Below are positions 9,499 to 19,514 of a DNA stretch of 64,000 nt, piece after piece. Both the position numbers and the translations under genes were made by a program. The notes under the pieces were generated by a model. The model did no database searches and was not told the DNA's origin. It worked only from the letters and a program-made list of their open reading frames with translations. Within the stretch, counting starts at the first letter, position 1; every line of letters starts with the position of its first letter. Origin of the DNA: Candidatus Marinacidobacterium sp. (GTDB lineage Bacteria; Acidobacteriota; Vicinamibacteria; Marinacidobacterales; Marinacidobacteraceae); NCBI GenBank assembly GCA_965204755.1, contig OZ242011.1, positions 3,552,001-3,616,000 on the forward strand. Direction: 5' to 3'.

Positions 9499-9813
9499 TC
9501 ACAGGACGCGGGGCACGAGGAGCAGTCCCTCGCGGCGCTCCGGCCCGAGGGCGCCCACTTCCTCGGGCCCCGGCGGACGGGCGTCCGCGGGCGGCGCGTC
9601 CTCGCGCAGCCGGCAACCGGACTCCTCGGCCGGCCGCGGCTCTTCCTCCGGCGCGGCGAGCGGGACCTCGACGGGCGCGCGCCCGATCACCCGCTCGACC
9701 AGCGAGGAGAGCGTTTCCCGGGCCGTCGTGTAGGCGTGGTGTTCCTCCTCGGTCTCCGGGGCGTTCAGGCGCGACAGGGCGCACACCTTCCGGATCTCCT
9801 GCTCCCGGTTCAC
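9499..9813 (-). CDS. gatC: Divergent GatC-like subunit
   Basis: 104 aa, immediately upstream of gatA; has V.ALSRL, LRED and C-terminal VPRVL. Confidence 0.65.
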   Translation of the reverse strand: MNREQEIRKVCALSRLNAPETEEEHHAYTTARETLSSLVERVIGRAPVEVPLAAPEEEPRPAEESGCRLREDAPPADARPPGPEEVGALGPERREGLLLVPRVL

Positions 9814-9893
9814 GACGCCCCTCCGGGGAAGTCCGGCGGCCCCGCCGCCTCCGGCGCGGAAAAGTCGCCGCCGTCGGCCCTATAGTCCGAACG

Positions 9894-11231
9894 ATGCGAG
9901 GCGCGCGGCGGGCGGAGAGGGCGGCGCGGGCCGCGCCGTTCCTCGTCGGGCTCGCCGCCGCCGCTGCCGCAGCCGGCGCTCCGAAGTCCGGGCAGGACGA
10001 CGGCGCCGTCCCCCCGGGCGCGCCCGTCGAGGAGCGGTTCACCTTCCCGGCGGAGTTCGAGCCCCACCGGGCGCTGTGGATGGCGTGGCCGACCTACGAG
10101 AACAAGGCCGGGCTCCCCACCGAGCCGCTGCTGCTCGAGATCGTCCGGGCCGTCGAGGGCCGGGTGGCCGTGGAGATCCTCGCCGGGGACGAGGCCGAGA
10201 CCGCCGAGATCCGGGAAATCCTCCGCCGGGAGGGGCTGGACTCCGGGGAAGTCGGGATTCACGCCGTGCCGCACGGGGACATCTGGATGCGGGACATGGG
10301 CCCGATCTTCCTGCGCGGCGACCGAGGCGGGATGCGGGTGGCGGACTTCGGCTTCGACATGTGGGGGTACGAGTCGCCGGACTCGGCGAACTCGAGACTC
10401 GAGGAGGCGGTGGACCGGCGGGTCGCCGCCCTTCTCGGCCTCGACACCGTGCCCTCCGAACTCGTTTCCGAGGGCGGCTCTCGGGAGTTCAACGGCCGGG
10501 GAGTGATGCTCGCGGTGGAGGCCGTGGAGCGGCAGCGCAATCCGGGGTGGACGCTCGACGGGATGGTAGCGGAGTTCCGCCGGGTCCTCGGCGTGTCCAA
10601 GGTCATCTGGCTGGCCGAGGGCATGGCCGAGGACGACCACGCTTTCCGCGGCCCGCTCCCCGGCGGCGTCTATACGGTGATCACCACCGGCGGGCATGTG
10701 GACGAGTTCGCCCGGTTCTCCGATGCCCGGACGATCCTGCTGGCCGAAGTCACCGAGGAGGAGGCCCGCGCCGACCCGATCGCGGCGATCAGCCGCGAGC
10801 GCCTCCTGGAGAACGAAGCCCGGCTCCGGGCGGCCACCGACCTGGACGGGAACCCGTTCCGCATCGTGCGCGTGCCGGCGCCCGATTCCCTGTTCGAGAC
10901 CATGCGCCGGGGCGACGGGGTCTTCGACTACCTCCAACCGCTGGAATACGAGGACGGCTCGACGATCCACCCGGACGACGAGATCCGGGTCATCGCCGCC
11001 GCCAGTTACCTCAACTTCATGGTGACGAACGGCCTGGTGCTGGCCCAGGCCTACTGGAAGCCGGGGCTCCCGGAGTCCATCCGGGAGAAGGACGAACGCG
11101 CGCTGGCGATCCTCCGGGAGGCCTTCCCCGGCCGCGAGGTCGTGCCCCTCGACGCGATGGCGGTCAACCTAGGGGGAGGCGGGATCCACTGCATCCTGCA
11201 GCAGGAGCCGCTCCGCACTCCTCCCCGTTGA
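9894..11231 (+). CDS. aguA: Agmatine deiminase (peptidylarginine deiminase-like), with signal-like N-terminus
   Basis: FPAEFEPH...WMAWP, WMRDMGP, EGG, GHVD, SYLNF and GGGGIHCILQQEP motifs. Confidence 0.88.
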   Translation: MRGARRAERAARAAPFLVGLAAAAAAAGAPKSGQDDGAVPPGAPVEERFTFPAEFEPHRALWMAWPTYENKAGLPTEPLLLEIVRAVEGRVAVEILAGDEAETAEIREILRREGLDSGEVGIHAVPHGDIWMRDMGPIFLRGDRGGMRVADFGFDMWGYESPDSANSRLEEAVDRRVAALLGLDTVPSELVSEGGSREFNGRGVMLAVEAVERQRNPGWTLDGMVAEFRRVLGVSKVIWLAEGMAEDDHAFRGPLPGGVYTVITTGGHVDEFARFSDARTILLAEVTEEEARADPIAAISRERLLENEARLRAATDLDGNPFRIVRVPAPDSLFETMRRGDGVFDYLQPLEYEDGSTIHPDDEIRVIAAASYLNFMVTNGLVLAQAYWKPGLPESIREKDERALAILREAFPGREVVPLDAMAVNLGGGGIHCILQQEPLRTPPR

Positions 11232-11298
11232 GCCCCGGGGCGCCCCCGCGCGACGGTCGGCCGGGCGCCCCCCGCCGGGGGCGGCGGCGCGCTCCGGC

Positions 11299-12681
11299 TT
11301 GAGCGAGCCGCTCGCGGGCGGGCCGCTCAGCCTGCTGCCCTCGCTGACCGTCCTCGGCCTGGCGGTCCTCACCCGGCGTCCGCTGGAGGCGCTCATCGTC
11401 GGCTCGCTGGTCGGGTACGGGCTCCTCTCCGGGGCGGGCTTCGCCGCGTCCTTCCTCGAAGGGGCGCTCCGGGTGATGGCCGAACCGGCGAGCGGCTGGG
11501 TGATCCTGGTGGTGTCGCTCTTCGGCGCGCTGATCGGCGTACTCGCCCGCTCCGGGGGCTCGCAGGCCTTCGGCGCGGCGCTCTCCCGCCGCCTGCGCAC
11601 CCCGCGGTCGCTGCTGTTCGGCGCCTTCGGGCTCGGCCTCGTCACTTTCGTGGACGACTACCTGAACGCCCTCGCCGTGGGTTCCGCGTTCCGCTCGGCC
11701 GCCGACCGCCTCCGGGTCTCCCGCGCCCGGCTGGCGTATGTGGTGGACAGCACCGCCGCCCCGGTCTGCGTCCTCGCGCCGGTCTCGACCTGGGCGGTCT
11801 TCCTCGCCGCTCTTTTCGAGGAGCGCGGTCTCGCCGCCGCCGGCGCGGGGGTCGGCCTCTATGTCTCGCTCGTCCCGTTCTTCCTCTACCCGTGGTTCGC
11901 GCTGCTGGGCGTCCTGCTGCACCTCCGCGGCCCCGGCCTCGGCTTTTCCGCGATGGCGGCCTCGGAGCGCGCCGCCCGGGCGGGCCGGCCGGCCGCGGCG
12001 CCGGCGCTCGACGAGTCGCTGCTCCCGGGGGAGGGCGAAGCGCCGCCGGGCCGGCCCCGGCTCGCTCCCTGGGTCTTCGCCGGGCCGATCCTCGCGCTGC
12101 CGGCGGCGACCCTGCTCTTCGACGGCGACGCCCTCTTCGGGGTCTTCGCGGCGCTGGGGCTCGCCCTCCTGCTCGCCGCGCTGCTCCGGCCGGGCGGCGG
12201 GGCGGGCGCGGTCGCCGACGGCGCCGCGCGCGGCATGGAGCAGATGGTCTATCCGCTGGGGATCGTCCTCGTCTCCTTCGTCCTCCGCGATGTGAACGAC
12301 GCCCTCGGCCTCACCGGGTTCGTCATCGCCGGAATCACGCCGATCGCCACCGCCTGGCTCCTCCCGGCGCTCGTCTTCGCGTCCCTCTCGGCGGTGGCCT
12401 TCGCCACCGGCTCCTTCTGGGGCGTCTATACGGTCGCGCTGCCGATCGTCCTCGGACTCCAGCAGGCGCTCGGCGCGCCCCTCCCGTTGACCCTGGGGGC
12501 GCTGGTGTCGGCGGGGGCCTTCGGCTCGCACGCCTGCCTCTACGGCGACGCCACCGTCCTCGCCGCGCGGAGCGCCGGCTGCCCGCTCGGGGAGCATGTG
12601 CGCACCCAACTCCCCTACGCGCTGCTCGCGGCCGCCGCGAGCATCCTCGGCTTCGCGGCGCTGGGACTGCTCTTCGCCTGA
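11299..12681 (+). CDS. NhaC/MleN-family membrane transporter (possible agmatine or putrescine transport)
   Basis: FVDDYLN, LAYVVDSTAAP..P.STW, FATGSFWG, FGSH...GDAT and HVRTQLPY motifs; many hydrophobic segments. Confidence 0.85.
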   Translation: MSEPLAGGPLSLLPSLTVLGLAVLTRRPLEALIVGSLVGYGLLSGAGFAASFLEGALRVMAEPASGWVILVVSLFGALIGVLARSGGSQAFGAALSRRLRTPRSLLFGAFGLGLVTFVDDYLNALAVGSAFRSAADRLRVSRARLAYVVDSTAAPVCVLAPVSTWAVFLAALFEERGLAAAGAGVGLYVSLVPFFLYPWFALLGVLLHLRGPGLGFSAMAASERAARAGRPAAAPALDESLLPGEGEAPPGRPRLAPWVFAGPILALPAATLLFDGDALFGVFAALGLALLLAALLRPGGGAGAVADGAARGMEQMVYPLGIVLVSFVLRDVNDALGLTGFVIAGITPIATAWLLPALVFASLSAVAFATGSFWGVYTVALPIVLGLQQALGAPLPLTLGALVSAGAFGSHACLYGDATVLAARSAGCPLGEHVRTQLPYALLAAAASILGFAALGLLFA

Positions 12682-12719
12682 CGCCGGGCCGTCGGCGGCT
12701 ACCCTTTTCCGCCCCCGCC

Positions 12720-13583
12720 GTGTCCGTCCGCCTGGCCCTGATCCAGCGCTCCGTGGAGCCGGACCGCGAAGCCGCGCGGCAGGGAGCGGAGGACGCCGTC
12801 CGCGCCGCCGCCGAGGAGGGCGCCGGGATCGTCTGCCTGCCCGAACTCTACGACCTCCCCTACTTCCCGCGGGAGGTCTCGGTGGAACTCACCGCGCTCG
12901 CGGAACCCCAGCCCTCCCCCTCCAGCGCCGCCCTAGGGCGGCTGGCCGCGAAGACCGGCGTCGTGCTCGTCGTCCCGGTCTTCGAGCAGGCGGCGCCGGG
13001 GGTCGCCTTCAACACGGCGCTGATCTACGACGCCGACGGTTCGCTCCTGGGCCGCTACCGGAAGAACCACATCCCGGACGGCCCCGGCTACCACGAGAAG
13101 TACTACTTCACCCCCGGCGATGGCGGCTACCCGGTCTGGGACACCGCCCGCGGCCGGATCGGCGTGGGGATCTGCTGGGACCAGTGGTTCCCGGAGACCG
13201 TCCGCGCCTTCGCGCTCGGCGGCGCGCAACTCGTGCTGTTCCCGACCGCCATCGGGTCCGAGCCGGACCGTCCGGGCTACTCCTCGGAGGAGGCCTGGCG
13301 GACGGTGATGCGGGGCCACGCTGTCGCCAACGGCCTCTTCGTCGGCGCCGCGAACCGGGTCGGCGTGGAGGGGGACCTGACCTACTACGGGGGCAGTTTC
13401 GTGGCCGACCCCTTCGGCGAAGTGCTGGCGCGGGCCGGCGAAACGCCCGACCTGGCGCTCGCCGACCTCGAATTCGACCGACTCGCGGAACTCCGGAACC
13501 TCTTCCAGTTCTTCCGCGACCGCCGGGTGGACACCTACCGCGACCTGCTCCGCGTGACGCCGTCTCCGGCCGGTTCCCGCTGA
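12720..13583 (+). CDS. aguB: N-carbamoylputrescine amidase (nitrilase superfamily)
   Basis: LPEL, YRKNHIPDGPGYHEKYYF, ICWDQWFPE and PTAIGSEP motifs; GTG start at 12720. Confidence 0.9.
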   Translation: MSVRLALIQRSVEPDREAARQGAEDAVRAAAEEGAGIVCLPELYDLPYFPREVSVELTALAEPQPSPSSAALGRLAAKTGVVLVVPVFEQAAPGVAFNTALIYDADGSLLGRYRKNHIPDGPGYHEKYYFTPGDGGYPVWDTARGRIGVGICWDQWFPETVRAFALGGAQLVLFPTAIGSEPDRPGYSSEEAWRTVMRGHAVANGLFVGAANRVGVEGDLTYYGGSFVADPFGEVLARAGETPDLALADLEFDRLAELRNLFQFFRDRRVDTYRDLLRVTPSPAGSR

Positions 13584-13605
13584 GCGACGCCCGGCCCCGG
13601 AACGC

Positions 13606-14379
13606 GTGTTTTCAGCGGGCGCCCCGGCCGGGGCCGACGGCGCTTCCGAACGGGTCCGGGAGCAGGTCTTCCTCACGCTGGCCGCGGTCTTCCTGGCGGC
13701 GCTCGTCGCGTGCAACCTGATCGTCCGCAAGTTCTTCGTCTGGGAGATCCCGGCGCTGGCCTTCTTCGGCCTGGAGCCGGCGATGGAACTGTCGGTCGGC
13801 ATCCTCGCCTACCCGGTGACCTTCATCTGCACCGACATCCTCTCGGAGTTCTACGGGCGGCGGCGGGTCAGCCAACTCGTCACCGCCGGCTTCTTCGCCA
13901 GCGCGTTCGTGGTGGGGCTGGTGGCCCTGTCGAACGCGGTCCCCGCCGCCTCCTGGAGCGAAGTGGACGACGCCACCTTCGACCTGGTGTTCGGCATCCA
14001 GACCATCGCGGTGACCGCCTCGATGGGGGCTTACCTGGGCGCGCAGTACCTGGACATCCGCCTGTTCCACTACTGGAAACGGCGCACCGGCGGCCGCCAC
14101 CTGTGGCTCCGCAACAACGCCTCCACCTTCACCTCGCAGTTGGTGGACACCATCCTGGTTACGGTGCTGTTCGGCGTCCTCGGCGCCGAGGAGTTCACGG
14201 CGCAGCGGATCCCGGTGCTGATCGCCAACGGGGTGGTCTTCAAGTGGATCGTCGCCGTCGTGGACACGCCGCTGGTGTACGGAGCGGTCTGGCTCATCCG
14301 CGACCGGCTGCGGATCGCTCCGGCGCCGGCGGCCGGGGCGCCGGACGGGGGCGCTCCGGTCAGGCCTCGACGGTCATAG
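13606..14379 (+). CDS. Queuosine precursor transporter (YhhQ/VUT family)
   Basis: YPVTFICTDILSEFYG, QYLDI..F and LWLRNNAST..SQLVDT motifs. Confidence 0.9.
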   Translation: MFSAGAPAGADGASERVREQVFLTLAAVFLAALVACNLIVRKFFVWEIPALAFFGLEPAMELSVGILAYPVTFICTDILSEFYGRRRVSQLVTAGFFASAFVVGLVALSNAVPAASWSEVDDATFDLVFGIQTIAVTASMGAYLGAQYLDIRLFHYWKRRTGGRHLWLRNNASTFTSQLVDTILVTVLFGVLGAEEFTAQRIPVLIANGVVFKWIVAVVDTPLVYGAVWLIRDRLRIAPAPAAGAPDGGAPVRPRRS

Positions 14380-15367
14380 TGACGGCGGCCGCCGGCGCGG
14401 CCACCCAGTCGCAGGCGCGCTCCAGCCCCTCTTCGAGACCGACCTCCGGCCTCCAGCCGAGCGCGCGCATCCGCGAGGCGTCCACCGCATAGCGCCGGTC
14501 GTGGCCCGGCCGGTCGGCCACCCGTTCGATCCGCCCGGTCCGCCCGGTCCTTCTCCGGGCGAGGGCGATCAGGCGTTCGGCCATCTCCCGGTTCTCGGCG
14601 CCGCGCTCGGCGCTGATGTTGTAGATCTTCCCGGGTTCGCCCGACCGCAGCAGCAGGTGGAGCGCCCGGCAGAGGTCCTCGACGAAGATCCACTCGCGCA
14701 CCTGCCGGCCGTCGCCGTACACCGGGAGCGCCTCTCCCGCCAGGGCGGCCGCCAGGAAGGTGGGGATCATCTTCTCCCGATGCTGGCGCGGGCCGTAGGT
14801 GTTCGCCGCCCGGCTCACCACGACCGGCAGGCCGTGGGTGGCGTGGTACGAGAGCGCGAGCAGGTCCGCCCCGGCCTTGCTCGCCGCATAGGGGTTCCCG
14901 GGGCGGAGCGGGGCCTCCTCGTCCGCCCGGCCCGAGGCGAGCGGCCCGTACACCTCGTCGGTGGAGACCTGCAGGAACCGGCGGCGCCTCCCCTCCGGCC
15001 CGCTCTCCCGGCCGGCCCGCCGGAACGCCTCGAGGAGGATCCCGGCGCCGTACAGGTTGGTGCGCGCGAAGGGCTCGCCCTCGGCGATGGCGCGGTCCAC
15101 ATGCGTCTCCGCGGCGAAGTTGACCACCCGGTCGACGCCCTCGACCAGCGGCCGCATCGTTTCGGCGTCGCAGATGTCCGCGTGGACGAAACGGTGGCGG
15201 GGATGCCGCTCGGCGTCCGCGAGGTTGTCGCGCGACCCGGCGTAGGTGAGCCGGTCCACCGTGATGACCCGCCATTCGGGCTCCTCCCTCAAGAGGAGGT
15301 CCACGAAGTGGCTGCCGATGAAGCCGGCGCCGCCGGTGACCAGGCAGACCGGCTCGCCGCGGCTCAC
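14360..15367 (-). CDS. rfbB: dTDP-glucose 4,6-dehydratase
   Basis: LVTGGAGFIGSHF, LTYAG, AAETHVDR, STDEVYG, YAASK and DRPGHDRRYA motifs. GTG start overlaps the upstream stop. Confidence 0.92.
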   Translation of the reverse strand: MSRGEPVCLVTGGAGFIGSHFVDLLLREEPEWRVITVDRLTYAGSRDNLADAERHPRHRFVHADICDAETMRPLVEGVDRVVNFAAETHVDRAIAEGEPFARTNLYGAGILLEAFRRAGRESGPEGRRRRFLQVSTDEVYGPLASGRADEEAPLRPGNPYAASKAGADLLALSYHATHGLPVVVSRAANTYGPRQHREKMIPTFLAAALAGEALPVYGDGRQVREWIFVEDLCRALHLLLRSGEPGKIYNISAERGAENREMAERLIALARRRTGRTGRIERVADRPGHDRRYAVDASRMRALGWRPEVGLEEGLERACDWVAAPAAAVTMTVEA

Positions 15368-16374
15368 GGGATCGAGACGGCGATCTTGCCGAAGTGCCGG
15401 CCGCTCTCGAGGAATTCGAGCGCCGCCGGCAGGTCGGCGAGCGGGTAGGTCCGGTCGATCTGCGGCCGGAGGTCGGAGGTTTCCAGGAACGAGACCAGGT
15501 CCCGGAGCGCCCGGCGGCAGTCGGTCATCACACCGGCGATGCGGATCCGGCGCATGATGGCCGGGGCCAGGTCCACCGGGGCGCTGAGCCCGGAGAGCGC
15601 GCCGAGGAGCGCCACCGTGCCGCCCGCCCGGGTGGCGCGAAGCGACTGGCTCAGGGTCGCCGCCCCCACATTCTCCACGACCAGGTCCGCGCCTTCGCCC
15701 CCGGTGACCTCGAGCGCCGCCCGCTCCCACTTCGGGACTTCCAGCCGGTGGATCCCCACCTCGGCGCCGAGCGCCCGGGCGCGGTCGAGTTTCTCCTCGG
15801 AGGAGGAGGTGAGGATCACCCGCGCCCCGAACGCCCGCGCCAGTTGGAGCGCGAAGACGGAGACGCCGCCGGCGCCGAGGGTGAGCACCGTCTGCCCCTC
15901 GCGCACCGGCCCTTCGGTAACCAGCGCGCTCCAGGCCGTGAGCGCGGCGATGGGGAGGGTGGCCGCCTCTTCGTGGGAATACCCGGCCGGCGCCCGGCAG
16001 AGCGCGGCCTCCGGCAGCGCCACCGCCTCCTGGCCCATTCCCGGTCCGGGGCCGCCGAGCGTCGCCCGGGCGTAGGCGCGGCGGAAGGGGCCGTCCTCCC
16101 AGCCGACCGCCGGGTGGGTGATCACCCGGTCGCCCGGCGCGAACTCGGCGGCCCCTTCGCCGACCTGCTCCACCACGCCGGCCCCGTCGCTCACCGGAAC
16201 CTGGGGCAGGGGGAGCCGCGGGTTGTACGCGCCGCTCAGGATCAGCAGGTCCCGGTAGTTCAGCGAGGCCGCGCGCAGCCGGACGAGGACTTCGCCGGGG
16301 CCCGGTTCCGGCGCCGGGGACTCTTCGAGACGCAGGTTCTCCGCCCCGAACCGGTCGAAAACCCAGCGCTTCAC
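15364..16374 (-). CDS. NAD(P)-dependent MDR-family oxidoreductase
   Basis: SLNYRD, SDGAGVV, EAATLPIAALTAW, GAGGVS and HFGKI motifs. Confidence 0.9.
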   Translation of the reverse strand: MKRWVFDRFGAENLRLEESPAPEPGPGEVLVRLRAASLNYRDLLILSGAYNPRLPLPQVPVSDGAGVVEQVGEGAAEFAPGDRVITHPAVGWEDGPFRRAYARATLGGPGPGMGQEAVALPEAALCRAPAGYSHEEAATLPIAALTAWSALVTEGPVREGQTVLTLGAGGVSVFALQLARAFGARVILTSSSEEKLDRARALGAEVGIHRLEVPKWERAALEVTGGEGADLVVENVGAATLSQSLRATRAGGTVALLGALSGLSAPVDLAPAIMRRIRIAGVMTDCRRALRDLVSFLETSDLRPQIDRTYPLADLPAALEFLESGRHFGKIAVSIP

Positions 16375-16451
16375 GATTCGGCGAGTGTACCGACGGGAGG
16401 GACGCCTCCCGGCGAGCGAATCCGCCCCCCGGCTGTTAGGGTTTTCCCGCC

Positions 16452-16898
16452 GTGGCCGAAGCGACCGTTTTCGAACGCATCATCCGGGGGGAGATCCCCT
16501 GCCACCGGGTGTACGAGGACGACCGGGTCCTCGCTTTCCTCGATGTGGCGCCGCAGAGCCGGGGGCACCTGCTCGTCGTCCCCAAGGAGGCGAAGGCGAC
16601 GCTCGGCGAGTTGTCGGACGAGTCCGCCGCCGCGCTCGGGCGCGCGCTGCCCCGGCTCGCCCGCGCCCTCGCCCGGGCGGTGGGCACGCCGCACCTGAAT
16701 GTCCTCCAGAACAACGGGACCCCCGCCGGACAGACCGTCCACCATGTCCACTTCCACCTCATCCCCCGCTTCGGCCCGGCCGGCGCCGCCGGTTCCGGGC
16801 TGCAGGTCGCCTGGCGGCCGGGAGCGCTCGGCGCGCGCGAAGGCGCGGAGACGGCGGCGGCCATCGCGGAGGAAGCGGCCCGGGACTCCGGCGCCTGA
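16452..16898 (+). CDS. HIT family nucleotide hydrolase
   Basis: IIRGEIP..VYED, GH.LVVPK and histidine triad HVHFHLI. Confidence 0.93.
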   Translation: MAEATVFERIIRGEIPCHRVYEDDRVLAFLDVAPQSRGHLLVVPKEAKATLGELSDESAAALGRALPRLARALARAVGTPHLNVLQNNGTPAGQTVHHVHFHLIPRFGPAGAAGSGLQVAWRPGALGAREGAETAAAIAEEAARDSGA

Positions 16899-16949
16899 CC
16901 GGGGCCGGGGGAGTTCGCCGCGGCCGCCGCAGCGTCCACGCCGTCCGGC

Positions 16950-18692
16950 ATGAGCGAGCCGAAGCGCCGGACCGGCGCCCAACTCATCTGGGAGACCCTG
17001 CTGCGGGAGGGCGTCGAGACCGTCTTCGGCTACCCGGGCGGGGCGATCCTCCCCGCCTACGACGCGATGCTGGACTACCCGGTCCGGCACATCCTGGTGC
17101 GCCACGAACAGGGCGCGACCCACATGGCGGACGGCTTCGCCCGCGCGACCGGCCGGGTCGGCGTGGCGATCGCCACTTCGGGGCCGGGCGCGACGAACAT
17201 GGTCACCGGGATCGCCACGGCGATGCTGGATTCCTCGCCGATCGTCTGCATCACCGGCCAGGTGGGCAGCGGCCTCATCGGCACCGACGCCTTCCAGGAG
17301 ACCGACATCACCGGGGTCACCCTCCCGATCACCAAGCACAACTACCTGGTGACCGAGGTGGACCAGATCGCCCCGGCGATCCACGAGGCGATGTATGTCG
17401 CCCGCTCCGGCCGCCCCGGCCCGGTTGTGGTGGACATCACCAAGGACGCCCAGCAGGCGGCGACCACCGGCGAATGGGACCCGGCGGACATCGAACTCCC
17501 CGGCTACTCGCCCACCCCGAGGCCCCGACCCGCCGAATACCGCGCCGCCGCCGCGCTGATCAACCGCGCCAGGCGCCCGGTCATCCTCGCCGGCCACGGC
17601 ATCCTCCTGTCGGAGGCGACGGCGGAGGTGCGGGAACTGGTGGAGCGCGCGGACATCCCGGTGGCGATGACCCTGCTCGGCATCGGCTCGGTCCCCGCCC
17701 GGCACCCGCTGAACCTGGGGATGATGGGGATGCACGGCGAGAGTTGGGTCAACCACGCCATCCAGGAAGCCGACCTCCTCATCGCGCTGGGGATGCGGTT
17801 CGACGACCGGGTCACCGGCAAGTTGCAGCAGTACGCGCCGAACGCCCGGAAGATCCACCTGGACATCGACCCCTCGGAGTTCGACAAGAATGTCCGCGTG
17901 GACCTCGCCCTGGCGGGCGACCTGGCCGCCGTGCTCGGCGAGTTGCTGCCTTCGGTGCGGCCCCGGCGGCGCGAGAAGTGGATCGAGGCGATCACCCGGA
18001 TGAAGGGGGACGCCGCCGTCCGCGACATCCAGAACCTGCCCGACGCCGGCGTCCTCTGCGCCGCCCATGTGATCCACGACATCTGGCGGCTCACCGGCGG
18101 GCGGGCGATCCTGGCCACCGATGTGGGGCAGCACCAGATGTGGGCGGCGCAGTACTACCGCCACGACGAGCCCCGGTCGCTCATCACTTCCGGCGGCCTC
18201 GGGACCATGGGGTTCGCCCTGCCGGCGGCGGTGGGCGCCAAGGTCGGCCGCCCCGACGAGGAGGTCTGGGTGATCGCCGGCGACGGCGGCTTCCAGATGA
18301 CGATGTGCGAACTGGCGACGATCGCCCAGGAACGCCTCAAGGTGAACATCGCCGTCATCAACAACGGCTACCTGGGCATGGTGCGCCAGTGGCAGGAGTT
18401 CTTCTACGACCGCCGGTACGCCGGCACGCCGCTGCTCAGCCCCGACTTCGCCGCCCTGGCGCGCTCCTTCGGGCTCGGCGGCGAGTCGGTCGGCAGCCGG
18501 GCGGAGGTCGAAGACGCGGTGGAGCGCGCCCGCGCCGACGAACGGACGGTGGTGCTGGACTTCCGGGTGGAGCGCGAGGACACCGTGTACCCGATGGTGC
18601 CGACCGGCGCGGAACTCCAGGACATGATCCGCCGCCCGGAGCCGGCGCTCGCCGCTTCCGCCGCCGGCGAGGACGGCGGCCGCGAGTGGTGA
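16950..18692 (+). CDS. ilvB: Acetolactate synthase large subunit
   Basis: FGYPGGAILP, RHEQGA, TSGPGATN, GMRFDDRVTG and TPP motif GDGGF...NN. Confidence 0.96.
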   Translation: MSEPKRRTGAQLIWETLLREGVETVFGYPGGAILPAYDAMLDYPVRHILVRHEQGATHMADGFARATGRVGVAIATSGPGATNMVTGIATAMLDSSPIVCITGQVGSGLIGTDAFQETDITGVTLPITKHNYLVTEVDQIAPAIHEAMYVARSGRPGPVVVDITKDAQQAATTGEWDPADIELPGYSPTPRPRPAEYRAAAALINRARRPVILAGHGILLSEATAEVRELVERADIPVAMTLLGIGSVPARHPLNLGMMGMHGESWVNHAIQEADLLIALGMRFDDRVTGKLQQYAPNARKIHLDIDPSEFDKNVRVDLALAGDLAAVLGELLPSVRPRRREKWIEAITRMKGDAAVRDIQNLPDAGVLCAAHVIHDIWRLTGGRAILATDVGQHQMWAAQYYRHDEPRSLITSGGLGTMGFALPAAVGAKVGRPDEEVWVIAGDGGFQMTMCELATIAQERLKVNIAVINNGYLGMVRQWQEFFYDRRYAGTPLLSPDFAALARSFGLGGESVGSRAEVEDAVERARADERTVVLDFRVEREDTVYPMVPTGAELQDMIRRPEPALAASAAGEDGGREW

Positions 18693-18707
18693 GCCGGTGA
18701 GGGGATC

Positions 18708-19325
18708 GTGAGCGGCGGCGGGGAAGGGGACGGCATCCGGCCCCGGGTGTTCGCGGTCTGGGTGGAGGACCGCCCGGGCGTGCTGAACCGCATCACTTCG
18801 CTCTTCCGCCGCCGCGGCTTCAACATCGAGTCGCTCTCCGTCGGCCGGGCCAAGGCGCCGGGCGTTTCCCGGATGACCATCGTCGTCCGCACCGACGCGA
18901 CCGGCGCCAAGCGGATGGCGGTCCAGTTGTACCGGCTGGTGAATGTCCTCCGGGCGGACGACATCACCGGGGCCGCGGCGATCCGCAAGGAACTGGCGAT
19001 GTTCAAGGTCTCCGCGAACGCCAAGGAGCGGACCGAGGTCATCCAACTCGCGACGGCCACCGGCGCCCGGATCGTGGATGTGGCGCCGGGTTCGGTGGTG
19101 GTGGAAGCGGCGGCCGCGCCGGAGAAGATCGAAGGGCTCGCCGAAGTGCTCCGCCCCTACGGCATCCTGGAGCAGGTGCGCACCGGCCTCGTGGGGATGG
19201 CGCGGGGCGCGGAGAGCGTGATGCGCGACCCGGCCGCCCGCCGGGTCCCGCAGCCCTCCGCCGGCGGCGCCGAGGACGATCCGGAGTCGGGGCGCCCTCC
19301 GGCTTCCTCCGACGGTTCGGTCTGA
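18708..19325 (+). CDS. ilvN: Acetolactate synthase small (regulatory) subunit
   Basis: EDRPGVLNRITSLFRRRGFNIESL ACT domain. Confidence 0.95.
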   Translation: MSGGGEGDGIRPRVFAVWVEDRPGVLNRITSLFRRRGFNIESLSVGRAKAPGVSRMTIVVRTDATGAKRMAVQLYRLVNVLRADDITGAAAIRKELAMFKVSANAKERTEVIQLATATGARIVDVAPGSVVVEAAAAPEKIEGLAEVLRPYGILEQVRTGLVGMARGAESVMRDPAARRVPQPSAGGAEDDPESGRPPASSDGSV

Positions 19326-19514
19326 CGACTTCGCCCCATGGTTCCGGCCGACGCTTCCGTATAGTTAGTTCGCCGCGCGCCCGCCGCTTTCCGGGTCGGG
19401 CCCCGGGGCCGGCGGAACCGGCGCGGGGCGCTCGGGCCGCCGCTCCGCGCGGCCGCGCCGGGCGCCCGCCTCCCGGCAACCGAGCCCCGGCCGGCCCTCC
19501 CGAAGGAAGTCCCC

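Noticed and set aside
13584-13605. preQ1 riboswitch before the queuosine precursor transporter
   Set aside because: The gap is only 22 nt, with no recognisable aptamer or A-rich tail.
16371-19046. Long antisense or alternative-frame ORFs (also 32641-36339, 20372-22882 and others)
   Set aside because: These are shadow ORFs of GC-rich genes: they have no family motifs and overlap well-supported genes.
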